From: Camelus dromedarius
Lineage: Eukaryota
Direction of reading: 5' to 3'
DNA length: 64,000 nucleotides
Assembly (NCBI RefSeq): GCF_036321535.1
Contig: NC_087440.1
Location: 32,302,001 to 32,366,000 of the forward strand
Below the pieces are notes generated by a model. The model ran no database searches and had not been told where the DNA came from. It saw nothing but the letters and a program-made list of their open reading frames with translations. The first letter of the stretch is position 1. The number at the start of each line of letters is the position of its first letter. The translations under genes were made by a program, and so were the position numbers. Shown here in pieces: positions 38,101-49,244 of this stretch.

Positions 38101-40622
38101 TTGTTGCTGTTAGTTCTTATTCATTGAGATTTGTTTTATTGTGTGCCTGCCTCTGTATGTCTGACCGTGTGCTGGCCATTCCCCTTGAGAATTTATTCTT
38201 GGGGGTTTCCCAGAGCTTAGGGTGAAGGTGCCTTCTTCCCAGAGAGGATCTGCTGTGGCTTCTCTCAGGTGTCAGTGCCAGCAGGAGACTGGCTTAATCC
38301 CACTTCGCAGCATAAGCATCCATGGCTCGCTCAGTCTCTGGGTACTTGGCTGCAAATCCATATGAGCACTGGAGCTGTTGTTGTAGCTTCTCTTTTCCGT
38401 TGCTGCTTAGCGCCAAGGCATGCTTCCCTGGGGTCTCCTGGGATGAGAGTTAGAGTGGAGGGGCAGGTTTAATCCTCATCCTCCCTTCTCTCCAGAGTAT
38501 GGCCATTTACAGTCCCCTCCCCACATGAGGCAGCAGCTCTCAGACTGCCCCTTTGTTCTGGAACTTCCTTATCCAGCCAAACCAAAGTCCTGGTATTGGC
38601 AGTGCTTTTATGTTTGATCTAGCATTTTTAGTTGTTTTTGACAGGAAGATTTCTCTGAATAAATTAGCCCACTGTTATCAAAACGCCAGATTCTTTATCC
38701 TGTTTCTCCTCTCAGCTGTCCCCCGTGTTTGAGGAGCTAAGCCCTGCCCTGGAAGCTGTGCTGGCCCAGGGTCACTCAGGGGTGGTCATTGCCCTAGTGG
38801 GGGCCTGCCGTAGAGTTGGGACCCACCAATCCCAGGTCCTGCAGCTGTTGTTGGAGGTGAGTGGGGGTTACCTGCAACCCATTTATGCCCTCGGTTCAAA
38901 TTCTACCTGCTGGAACTTATCTAATCTCTAGTTGTTGTATCTCTGAACCCAAGAGGTCTCATGTGCAGGGAATTCAGAGATACAGGGGAAGATGAGTCTA
39001 AACCATCTCATGGCCCTGGAATAAAAATTGTCTCCCAGAACAAAGAGAGAAGTTTTTTTAAGGAATAAATGTTTATGCAGCCTTTGTTACATTTATAGAG
39101 GTTGGGGATACAGCAAGGCAGATGAGATCCTATCCACATGCAGTTTGCATTCTTGTGGAGTTAGGTGTTCTCGTTTCTCCTGAATGCTTTCTTCTGACTG
39201 GGAAGTTGGGGTTAGGGATGAAGTAGTTTCAGTTTCATCGTGTTCTGTCTTCCCTGCTAGGCATTCCACTGTGCAGAGCCCTCTTCCCGGCAAGTGGCCT
39301 GTGTGCCTCTCTTTGCTGCTTTGATGGCGTATGAGGTGTACTATGGCCTGGCGGAGGAGGAGGGGGCGGTGCCTGCAGAGCACCAGGTGAGGTAGGGGAG
39401 AGGCCAAACCTGTGAATAATTGGGGACCAGGCTTCCCAGGGTTTAGGAAGCCCCTCATCACTGAGATGGGGATGGTGAGATCTCTAGCTTCATCCAAGTT
39501 AGGGAGCAGTTTGGTGGCTGCCTCCTAATTCCCTGTCTCTGTCCTTCTAGGTGGAAATGGCCACAGCCAGGGACCTGGGGGAAGTGACAGTCCTTGGGTC
39601 TCTACTGCTCCAGCATTTGCTGCATTTCTCCAGTCCTGGTCTTATACTTCGAAGTCTGGGTGCCTTGACAGGACCACAGCTTCTGGCTCTGGCGCAGAGC
39701 CCTGCTGGTTCCCATGTGGTTGATGCTGTCCTGACCAGCCCCTCCGTGACGCGCAAGCAGCGCCGCCATGCGCTCAAGACCCTAAAGGTTAGAGTTCTGG
39801 CCGCTGCTCGGATTCCTCTTCCATTTAGATTCCTCTGCCTCCTACATTTAGAGAATGTGAGCTTCCCTCAGGACTGTCCTTCAGAGTCAAAGAGACCATA
39901 CGTAGTCCCTAGACTGCTTCAGTCAACCTCTAAACTTCACCCCCCACCCCCGCCCCAACACACTTGTGAACTGCCCTAGAGGGACTTACCTTGCTTGTCT
40001 CAATGCAGGGACAGTATGTGGCTCTGGCGTGTAGTCGCCATGGCAGCCGTGTGCTAGATGCCATCTGGAGTGGAGCAGCCTTGGGGGCCCGGAAGGAAAT
40101 TGCTGCTGAGCTGGGTGAGTACCAGCACCAATCTGTGACCTTTCCATAAGTTCCCTTTTCTCACTCCAAAGAGCTGAGTGGCTGGGGAGTGGACCTAAAT
40201 TCAGCAGAGACTTCAGTTCCAAAGTGTAGTCTTAGCCACGGGTTCTTGGCAGGCTGCTCTCCGCTACCCCTCTGCTGAGTGTACAGCCCCATGTGCCCAC
40301 CCCTCCTCCTGACTTCTGTTCTCTGGGCAGTTTGGTGTTAACTCTAGCCTGAAGTAGGCCCAGGGTCCCAGGAAAATGGAGAGACCTTCACCCCAAGTAG
40401 AGTCTCTTCAAGCTTGGGTGTGTGACTACATGGTGACACTGAACATGAATGTTTCCCTTTGCAGGGGAGCGGAACCAGGAGCTGATAAGAGATACTTTTG
40501 GCCACCATGTGGCTCGAAATGTGGCCCTGACTACCTTCCTGAAGCGGCGAGAGGCTTGGGAACAGCAGCAGGGTGCGGTGGCCAAGCGGAGACGGGCCTT
40601 GAACTCAGTACTTGAAGACTGA
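34870..40622 (+). CDS. NOP9: Nucleolar protein 9 (Pumilio/PUF-repeat 18S rRNA maturation factor), complete, 636 aa
   Basis: Exons: 34870-35116, 35324-35773, 36716-36826, 37038-37179, 37869-38061, 38716-38856, 39261-39386, 39551-39787, 40009-40114, 40465-40622. Sum is 1911 nt. Poly-Glu tract; ends KRRRALNSVLED*. Confidence 0.97.
35990..36290. mobile_element. hAT-Charlie DNA transposon remnant
   Basis: 'gagacccactaaattgatttcatgatacactc...tattttgaaaaatg' terminal motif. Confidence 0.5.
36564..36678 (-). mobile_element. Very short L1 3'-end insertion
   Basis: 'ttgttgaagtgtagttggtttacaatgttgtgttaatttctggtgtac' (L1 3'UTR, antisense); 12-bp direct repeat GTTCTTTTTATC at 36552-36563 and 36679-36690. 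Confidence 0.75.
37252..37821 (-). mobile_element. L1 3'UTR insertion in NOP9 intron 4
   Basis: L1 3'UTR sequence; exact 15-bp TSD TGATGTGGGTATTTT at 37237-37251 and 37822-37836. Confidence 0.88.
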
Positions 40623-40734
40623 GACCCTGGATCAGACTGGGTGTTGAGGGAGGGGGAAAGGAAGTATCTATATCATGACCTATTACTAGTTTAAATTGGA
40701 GTCAAAAGTCTTACTGATAAAACATTTTTGTATT

Positions 40735-40760
40735 TTTATTGGAAACACTTTTCTTTTATT
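40735..40760 (-). terminator. CIDEB poly(A) signals (two AATAAA)
   Basis: tttatt at 40735-40740 and 40755-40760. Confidence 0.75.
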
Positions 40761-41138
40761 TGCGGGGAGGGATACAAAGAAATAGAGATGTTGAGATAAA
40801 GTTAGAGAGGGCTGTTTTCAGGGCATGGAGAACTTAGGGACAGGAGGAGTTGTAAGGATCTCTACATGTAGCAGCAATCAGGGTGGGATCCAGATGCCTG
40901 GGGACAGGCTGTGGCCTTAAGAGTAAGTGGGAGGCTGGAAAGATGGCTAGGAAGAGAGCGTTCTTCAGGAATGGGCATAGGCCAGCGGTGTAGGGCATTA
41001 TGCGGATGGGGCCTTTCATGATGGGGTCAGAGGACAGTGGGGAAATCAGGTGAGTTATCGGGTCTGCACTGTCTGCAGGCCCCCAAACCTGATGCTGTTT
41101 CTTGGAATGAGTCTAGGGCAGAAGCTCAGAGCTCCTTC

Positions 41139-43361
41139 TCAGTAGGGATGGAGGCGACCTTGCCGCTGCCACTGCTCAGCCCCTTCCACTGCATGGCGAA
41201 GGGTGGAGGAGAGTCCCAGCAGCACGTGGCCCAGGCCTTGCAGCAGTGCAGAGGCCCATCGGAGAAGCTCCCTGAAGGGCAGAGACAAGAAGTCGGATGG
41301 GTGGGGGCACCTGGGAGGAGGCCAGAGGTGGGCTGAGTTTTCCACAAGGGAGAGCGAACAGGGTAGGGGCGTGCAGAAGGAATTACGGAAACTGCAGCTG
41401 TAGGGGTGGGGAAGTGTGACGTGTTTGTCTCTGACCTGAGTATTTTCTTTGGGCCGAGTCCTTGGATGTCACAACTCATGGAGTAGAGCCCATAGAATGT
41501 GGCTTTGATGTTGAGGCTGCCAAAGAGGTCTCGAGGGTTTTGCTTGTACACGTCGAAGGTGATGCGCGCGATGTCCTTGCTGTGCCTGGGCTTCTCCCGG
41601 CCCAGGCCGTACAACTGCATCCCACTCTGTAGGGCGCCCCCATCAGTGCAGTGGACTCTCACGTGCTGACATCCACCACTAATCCCCATCAGCACTGGGA
41701 CAGACCCACCCTTCCCCGGACTGTCCACGATACAGAATCCTCGACAATTCCTCACCTCTCCCATTGCCTCTGCCCCCAAGATCAGGGTTAGGCAAGAGAA
41801 GAGGCTTGGGAAAGATACAAAGGATCCATGGCCTATAGCAGTCCCAGTGTGGGTCTCACCCTGCTGGGGCTCCAGTTCTGTCCCAACTCCAGCACCATCA
41901 GGCATGTGTCATCCTCCAGCAGCTGGAAGAAGTCCTCGCTCTCCACGGCTGTGCCATCCTCCTCTAGCACCAGTGTCAGCACTCCACTCAGCAGCAGAGC
42001 CTCCAAGGCCTGCCCAGTGGCAAGAAGCAGGAGGGAAGGGGCAAAGCTTACCTCACGGCTTGTCCCTATGCAGCTGCCCAGCACCCAACCGTTGGCCCTC
42101 GACGCTGGTTGATCTCCCAACTCTACTTCCTGGTGCTTTGTCATCTCTTCAAATGGCTCCAGCTCACAACATTCTTTAGTTGTTGGGGCTAGGGGCTGTC
42201 CTTTTCCTGCTTTGCTCCGACCATATCACTGTCATCTCTCCCAGCCTCCTTCCAAGCCATGCCTGCTGGCTGGGAATTGAAAAGCCAGCCAGGTTCTCTT
42301 GAATGGATGTAGACACTATGTTGATGGGGGCCTGTCGATAGGGTCTTATCTCCAATGTCCTACCTCACTCTCTCCCGCCCTCTCAGCATTCTCCAGAGCT
42401 GTTTTCAGTAATAATTAATGACTTGTAACCTTTTTTGAGTCTTTACTCGAGTCAAGTATCTTTGTAGCACTTTACATACATTATCCATGTTTATCCCTTC
42501 CAACAGCCCTAGGAGGTAGCTGTCTTATTGTTCTCTTTTTCCCGGTGAAGAAACTGAAGTATTAATAGGCTGAATAACTTTCCAAGTTTTGACACTAGGA
42601 AGCAGCAGAATCAGGACTTGAATTTGATCTGTCATACAAATTGCTATTCCATACTGAGTTCTGAATTCTATGCTTTCAACCCTATCTACTCCTTCCCCAC
42701 CCCTGGAGAAAAGCCTGCTCTTTGAAAAAAAAGTGAATTGACCCAAATGCAGCGGAAGTCATGGGGCTCACCCCGCTGCTCTCAGTCCTGAGGAAGTGGC
42801 AGCCCTGTAAACTCTGCCCTTTCTGGTCACCATTCTGAGGTCTCACTCTTCACTAGCTCCTTGGCTGCCCCTCAGTTGGAACCCAGGGACTTGGCTCACT
42901 CGCCTTGTCTAGCAGTTCCTGGCGGGTGGCGGCTGTCAGGCCTTTCCGGGTGCTCCTCTTGTGATCACAGACGCGGAAAGGTCGCTGGGGTGGTGAAGCT
43001 GAGGTCCAGACCTTACGGCCAAAATCTGAGCTCATATTGGATACCGACCTGGTAGGTGGGAAGAAAGATCAAGGAGTGAGGGTCTTGGTGAATGCAATGG
43101 GGATGATGGGGGTGGCGTGGCTGGAGAATTAGGGAGGTTGGGAGGGAGGGATCTAGGTTTGCAGATCAGAGTAGCCTAGGGATAGAGGGAGAGACCATGG
43201 AGTAGGGATGGGGTGGTGGTTTAGGAGCTGGACAAGCCCAGTGTGGAAAGTGGGGACGGGGAGGGTGTGCCTTGCCCACATCCCCAGAGTTGGAGTGTGG
43301 ACAGAAGGGTTAGAAATCACCTGAGCAGGCTGCTGGGGTTCAGGGCAGAGAGGTAGTCCAT
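41139..43361 (-). CDS. CIDEB: Cell death-inducing DFFA-like effector b (lipid droplet protein), complete, 219 aa
   Basis: Exons (minus): 43321-43361, 42904-43048, 41860-42009, 41436-41626, 41139-41271. Sum is 660 nt. CIDE-N domain (RPFRVCDHKR, LVLEEDGTAV); ends QGRLHPY*. The second intron has a GC donor. Confidence 0.97.
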
Positions 43362-43489
43362 GGTGGAGGGAAGGAGCAGGAGAGTTGCCTCTCCCGGGAG
43401 TTCTGGGCTGGGTGGTTCTCTGTTGTGTTGGAGCTGAAGTGGTGGTGTTTTCTGTTACAGAGCTGAGATCTCAGCCCCAGTGAGGTGGG

Positions 43490-43550
43490 GGATGAGTCAA
43501 GCCTGGACTCTGGCCCCCCTGCCTGGCCAGTAAGAAGGGCAAAGTCCAAG
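43490..43550 (-). promoter_or_regulatory. CIDEB: CIDEB proximal promoter: AP-1 plus two HNF4-type DR1 sites
   Basis: TGAGTCA 43493-43499, TGGACTCTGGCCC 43504-43516, GGGCAAAGTCCA 43537-43548. HNF4A control of the internal CIDEB promoter is known in human. Confidence 0.65.
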
Positions 43551-44329
43551 GGGAGGGAGGAAGGGAGGGGCCTAGACAGGGTCACCAAAGAAGGATCAAG
43601 GCCCAGAGGTGCCTGGCAAAAGCCATGGAAGTTTGTGTGTGTGCGCGTCTCTGGTGGTGGCGTGTGATGTGAGGGTAAATGATCTATGTAAGAGGATGGA
43701 ATGTGGTCGCTGGTGTTTTTCTTTATATGGAGGGAATTTCTAGGGCCGGTTTCTGGCTCCCAATCTGGAAGATGCAGCATTATGTGTGATTTGCTCTTTA
43801 TGTGCTGCCACCTATTGAAAAAGCCATGAACTGCAGCTTTATGGAAAGGCAGGCGTTGCTGAGGATGGGCAGGGCTTGAAGAAAATAGGAGGTGGGGTGG
43901 TGTGCCTGGGTGGGGTGCGAGGGGAGGATGGGTCCTGATCCATGCATATGGGGTCACCAAGATCCTGTCTGGGACCCTGGCCTTCTGCTTTTCTGCTCTT
44001 CCCTCTGTGGTCTACGGGAGGGGCTGGCTCAACATTTCTCTGCTTTCATTCTCTAGAACTGCCTGCTTCAGCCACACTGGATTAGTCACTCTCTCACATT
44101 TCTCCTTTGGCCACTTAATAGGCATGAAGGAGATGTGAAAGGGGAAGTGGGGGGTGCATCCCTTGATGGCATCAGGACTTTTGCTTTTGGGGCCCCATGT
44201 CCTATCTCTGACTTCAGCCACAGTTGTGATGTACAGTTGTGTGGAAGCTCAGACTCTCATTGACAGTGAAGCCCTCACATGAGCACAAGTCTTTGTGCTT
44301 TCCTGCCTAGGAGTCTGATCTGAAGCTGT

Positions 44330-44642
44330 GGCAGCCCACTCAGCCCCCTGACAAGTACAAGCTGCAGGTGTGTATAAGGGCATTCATGCCTCTAGGACAA
44401 CTCCAACAATGGGGAATGTGAGCTGGGTGTAAGCGCCCCGGTCTTCTGTCTTTCTGGAAGGTATTCTCTGCACTCAGAGGTTCCTGAGGCCCATGGAAGA
44501 AGTTCAGCAACACACTTTTATTGGCTTTCTTCTTCCCTCTCTTCCCCTGCTTCCTGAGCTGACCTCCCCAATACAGGATTACCTGTACCCACACTCTCAA
44601 CTCAGGTTCTGCTTTGGAGGAAATCCAACAATAATGGAGACA
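44330..44642 (+). mobile_element. MaLR LTR (MLT1-like) remnant
   Basis: 3' end 'ccccaatacaggattacctgtacccacactctcaactcaggttctgctttggaggaaatccaacaataatggagaca'. Confidence 0.65.
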
Positions 44643-45925
44643 ATAATGGTGTCCTGGCTCCCAAGGAGCCCCCTTCTGACTGTTGACAGGGCAGGAGCCT
44701 TTTTCCCCCTCCCTCAATTTTATCCATCTACCAAATTTCTTTATTTTCAAGCTTTGCCAGACCTCTACACCCAGAGAAGGCTGCTTTTCAGCCTGTCTCT
44801 ACACTGCACCCTCTCTTTTGTCCTTGCCTTCCTGCCGCAGCCCAGGAGTGAGGCCCCTTCATGATTGTGTGTTGGGACTACTCAACCAGGTTATAAACCC
44901 CCGACACCTTTTTACACTCCGCCCCCATCCCCATCAGAACCTAGCACCATGCTGCACACTAAAAGCTGTCATGAGTATAAAATGACTGGGGCAGGGCCCA
45001 AGGCAAGAGGTCAGATGGATAGGTAGGAAGTTGAGGAAAAAGGGGGCTCAGCAGGGTCAAGAGTCTGAAAACAGGCTCTGATAGAGCAGTTGGGGGGAGT
45101 GAGCAGTTGGGTCACCTTCTCTGCTAAGTGCAGGCCAAGCAGCCAGAGAGCATGAGGGCTATAGGGTGGGAGGAGTAGGACCAGAGTGGGAGCAGGAATG
45201 AGTGCAGAAACAGGACCCAGGGGCAGCATCCAGCAGTGTCCCTTCTCACCCACATGACCAGGGAAACTTACCTGCACCCCTTCAGCTAATTCTGTTTCCT
45301 GGGGAGGCAGGCTTTCACACGCCTGAACATGTTAATGATGGGAAGGAGCTGGGTGAGGGAGGCGCCCCAGGAAAGGCCCGAGAGGAGCCCCACCTTGTTC
45401 CTCCCCATTCTCGCCTCACTTGCTGCCAACCTCATAGGCACAGGACAGGAACAAGCACCTTGCCCACGGCCGCTTTGCCTTTCAGCTTCCCCGGGCTCCT
45501 CGGGGGCCCCCAACCCTGCTAGCTCCCAGCTGGGTAAGTAGATCTGCCCATGAGACTTTATTCCCCTCCACTCACTTTTGCCCTGAGGTATAAAGAACGG
45601 GGCTGGACAAAGAGGGAGAGGCCCGGCTAGAAGGGTGGAGGTGGAAGTAGTGACAGCCTGGGAGTCAAGACTAGGGAAGTCGGCTGACTGAGAGCAGGGG
45701 ATTTGGGTTCCAAGAAGAAGTAGTGTTTGAGTTGGTGCTGGGGTCCTCCAGGAAGAGACAGAAGCTCCTGGACAGGAGAGAGGCAGGCTGCAGAGAAGTG
45801 GGGGAGGCACAGTGCCTTCTCACCTGGCATCAGAAGTCAAGAGGGCTTTTTTGCTCCACCACCTGAATGCGCTCTATGGCCCTTTTCAGCCATCCCCCGT
45901 CCCCGCCCCCCGGAGGCGCAGAAGG

Positions 45926-46990
45926 ATGTCGCTCTGCTACCGTCCCCCAGGGAATGAGACGCTGCTGAGCTCGAAGACTTCGAGGGCCACAGGCGCTGCC
46001 TTCCTGCTGCTGGCGGCGCTTCTGGGGCTGCCGGGCAATGGCTTCGTCGTGTGGAGCTTGGCGGGCTGGCGGCCGGCCGGGGGGCGACCGCTGGCGGCCA
46101 CGCTCGTCCTGCATCTGGCGCTGGCCGACGGCTTGGTGCTGCTGCTCACGCCGCTCTTCGTGGCCTTCCTGACCGGGAAGGCCTGGCCGCTGGGCCAGGC
46201 GGGCTGCAAGGCGGTGTACTACGTGTGCACACTCAGCATGTACGCCAGCGTGCTGCTCACCAGCCTGCTCAGCCTGCAGCGCTGCCTCGCCGTCACCCGC
46301 CCCTTCCTGGCACCCCGGCTGCGCAGCCCCGCCCTGGCCCGCCGCCTGCTGCTGGCCGTCTGGATGGCCGCTCTGGTGCTCGCCAGCCCGGTCGCTGTCT
46401 ACCGCCACCTCTGGGCGGACCGTGTGTGCCAGCTGTGCCACCCATCGCGCGCCCACGCCGCTGCCCACCTGAGCCTGGAGACCCTGACCGCCTTCGTGTT
46501 TCCCTTTGGGCTGGTGCTCGGCTGCTACGGCGTGACGCTGGCGCGGCTGCGGGGCGCCCGCTGGGGCGCCGGGCGGCACAGGACGCAGGTGGGCCGGCTG
46601 GTGGGCGCCATCGTGCTGGCCTTCGGCTTGCTCTGGGCCCCCTACCACGCCGTCAACGTCCTGCAGGTGCTCGCCGCTCTGGCTCCGCCCGAAGGGGCCT
46701 TGGCGAGGCTCGGCGGGGCGGGCCAGGCGGCGCGAGCTGGAACTACGGCTTTGGCCTTCTTCAGCTCCAGCGTCAACCCAGTGCTCTACGTCTTCACCGC
46801 CCGCGATTTGCTGCCCCGCGCGGGTCCCCGCTTCCTCATGCGGCTCTTTGAGGGCTCTGGAGAGGCCCGAGGGGGCGGCCTCTCTAGAGAAGGGACCATG
46901 GAGCTGCGAGCTACCACTCGGCTCAAAGTGGCGGGTCAGGGCCGCGGCAATGGTGACCCCGGGGGCGGGGCGAAGGACAGTCAGGGATGA
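45926..46990 (+). CDS. LTB4R2: Leukotriene B4 receptor 2 (BLT2; 12-HHT receptor), intronless CDS, 354 aa
   Basis: MSLCYRPPGNETLLS...; seven TM segments, QRC at the DRY position, NPVLY motif; splice acceptor ttttcag at 45889, 36 nt before the ATG. Confidence 0.97.
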   Translation: MSLCYRPPGNETLLSSKTSRATGAAFLLLAALLGLPGNGFVVWSLAGWRPAGGRPLAATLVLHLALADGLVLLLTPLFVAFLTGKAWPLGQAGCKAVYYVCTLSMYASVLLTSLLSLQRCLAVTRPFLAPRLRSPALARRLLLAVWMAALVLASPVAVYRHLWADRVCQLCHPSRAHAAAHLSLETLTAFVFPFGLVLGCYGVTLARLRGARWGAGRHRTQVGRLVGAIVLAFGLLWAPYHAVNVLQVLAALAPPEGALARLGGAGQAARAGTTALAFFSSSVNPVLYVFTARDLLPRAGPRFLMRLFEGSGEARGGGLSREGTMELRATTRLKVAGQGRGNGDPGGGAKDSQG

Positions 46991-47303
46991 GACCCTTGAC
47001 ATCAAACCCTGCAACCGGGCATGCTCTTCCCTATCCCCTTCCATCGCCCCCCAGAACTCAGGGAACCCCTCTGGAGGGTTTGGGGATCCTTCTCTGACCA
47101 GTTTGGCTCTGGCTGGGCAGAATTATTATATATCTGGGGCAGGCCCAAGTTCCTCCAGACTGAGGGATTGTGATGGTCTGGTCCGTGTTAAAGAATATCA
47201 TGTACTTGCAAGTTGGTATGTGCCCAGGTGCCAAAGCTGTTTATTTGTTGCCAATAGCTATTGTGAAATACACTGGGCAGCCAATACATGATGGCTGAAG
47301 GGT

Positions 47304-47318
47304 GCTCCCCCTAGTGGC
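47304..47318 (-). promoter_or_regulatory. Candidate CTCF site just downstream of LTB4R2
   Basis: Minus strand reads GCCACTAGGGGGAGC. Confidence 0.6.
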
Positions 47319-49060
47319 TCACCACACCTGAGTTGTACTGAGGCCATCTGTTTCCCTGCTGGGCCAGGCCAAGGCTGGGCAATGCCAGCTTTCAGTGGCA
47401 TTTTGACCTGTCCTCTGCAGCCCAGGTGGCCTGGTTCCCCCAAGCTAACCCACAGAAACACTCTGGAAATAACGAGGGAAAGAGGAAGGAAAGGTATGGG
47501 TGCTTGGATGAGGTGTGGTGATAGGGTCCATTCTCTAGGGACTGTAAAAGCCGAGTTGGGGGAACTGGCTCTGGAAGGAGAAAGCCAACTGTGGGGTTTG
47601 AAAGGAAAGTTTTCCTGTCTGCCTAGTGGTTGGTACTGGGTGGGGAGTGGGGAGGGACCCTGGGAGTCTGAGACATAGCCTCTGAATCCAACTCTCCTCC
47701 CAAATGTCGCCTGACTCAAAAAGGAGCCCAGGAGCAGGCACTCACTTACCCAGGGGGCATCTGGAGTTGGAGATGAGGAGGATGGGGGATGGTGTGGATA
47801 TCTGGAGGACAGGCAGGATTTTTCAGGGAGAGGACATCTCTCCTTCCTCCCCCTCTTCTCTCAGCCAATTCTTGACTCCTCCCAAGACTGCTAACTGTTC
47901 TTCACTTCCTCCAATACTGCTCAGCCCCCATCTTTTGGAATCTCTCTGTTTCTAAGTCTTGAGACTGTTCTGGATCCTGACATTCTTGTGTTTGGGGATG
48001 TAGGATGGGGTCCTTTTTCAGGGCATGTCCATGGGCACACACATGTGGTCACTAGGGTGACCAATTCATCCCCATTTGTGTCAGACTTTCCCTGTTTTAG
48101 CAATGCAAGTTTCCTGTCCCAGCCCCCTCAGTCCCAGGCAAACTTAGACGGTTGGCCATCACCCCAGGTTCTGGGGTGGAGCTCTGGACTTCGGGGGCAG
48201 AAAGTATGCTTAGAATGTCTAGTCTGAGGTGGAGGAGGAAAGGCCACTGAGAGGGATGGTGGTGGGGAGCAGCCTGGGAGAGGAGGCAGAGACAACCCAG
48301 TTCCTATTAGAAGGGGCCTCTGGTTGACCCTGGGGCTCTAAGCCCGTAGCTTTGATTCCCAAACACTGACTCAGGAGCCACTTCCTATCCTCACGCACCG
48401 GGGCAGAGGCTCCATGACTTCTATTACGTAGTCCCCATCTCACACACCCTCTGCGGTCAGAAAGCCCTTCCTCATCTCTGCCTTCAGTTCTTACTGCGGT
48501 TTCAGCCCTTTTTGTTTGTTTGGTTTTTGTTATATCCTTTGCCTGAGAGCTGCTGGGTCAACTCTGCTCTGCCTTTTTTCAAAGCAGGGAAAGTGGAGTT
48601 ACTGCAAAGGGTAAGGGACCTCAATGACCACGATTACACTCTGTGTCTTTGCTGCGAAGTGGCATTGTTGGAAGGGAAGCAAGAAGGCAAATGGTCACAG
48701 TGAAGGAAAGACTTTTCAGTTCTTAGCTTCTATAGGAAAGTTCAAGAAGAGGAGACTGCCCTCCTTCCAGGGAGAGGGGAGAGTGAGACTTCTGGAGGCT
48801 GTTTCCCTTTCCACATTCCTGGTTTCCCTCTTGGAAGGGCAGGCATAAGGTATCACTGCCCCCTCTCCCTCACACCTGCTCCCTCTGCTCAGCCTCTGCT
48901 TTCTCTGTGTGTCTAAGGTGGGACTGAACTGTGGGAAGGTAGGAAAGAGGTGGTGATGACCTCTGGACCCAATGCCCAGATTTTACATCCAAATTAACAT
49001 GGCAGGGTAGCCACATGTGCAAGTGCAAGGCAAGTGGTTGGGGAAGGAGACGAAATTGTC

Positions 49061-49154
49061 TTTTCTTTTTTTTCAGTGGAGGTACTAGGGATTGAAACCA
49101 GGACCTTGTGCATGCTGAGCACGCACTCTACCACTAAGCTATACTCTGTCCCCC
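49061..49154 (-). mobile_element. tRNA-derived SINE, short form
   Basis: Reverse-complement head 'ctctaccactaagctatactctgtcccc', T-tail, attgtc direct repeats. Confidence 0.88.
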
Positions 49155-49244
49155 GAGATTGTCATTCTGTGTGATAACAGAGAGACCCTTTGGGCTTTGG
49201 CATCTGCCAAGTAGAAGGGAGATGGACCTAGAATGGAACCAGTC

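Noticed and set aside
43340-43960. 206-aa ORF over the CIDEB promoter
   Set aside because: Pro/His-rich translation of purine-rich promoter DNA; not in frame with CIDEB.
46051-46851. 266-aa alternative-frame ORF within LTB4R2
   Set aside because: GTG start and Ala/Gly/Pro/Arg-rich composition; a by-product of high GC content.
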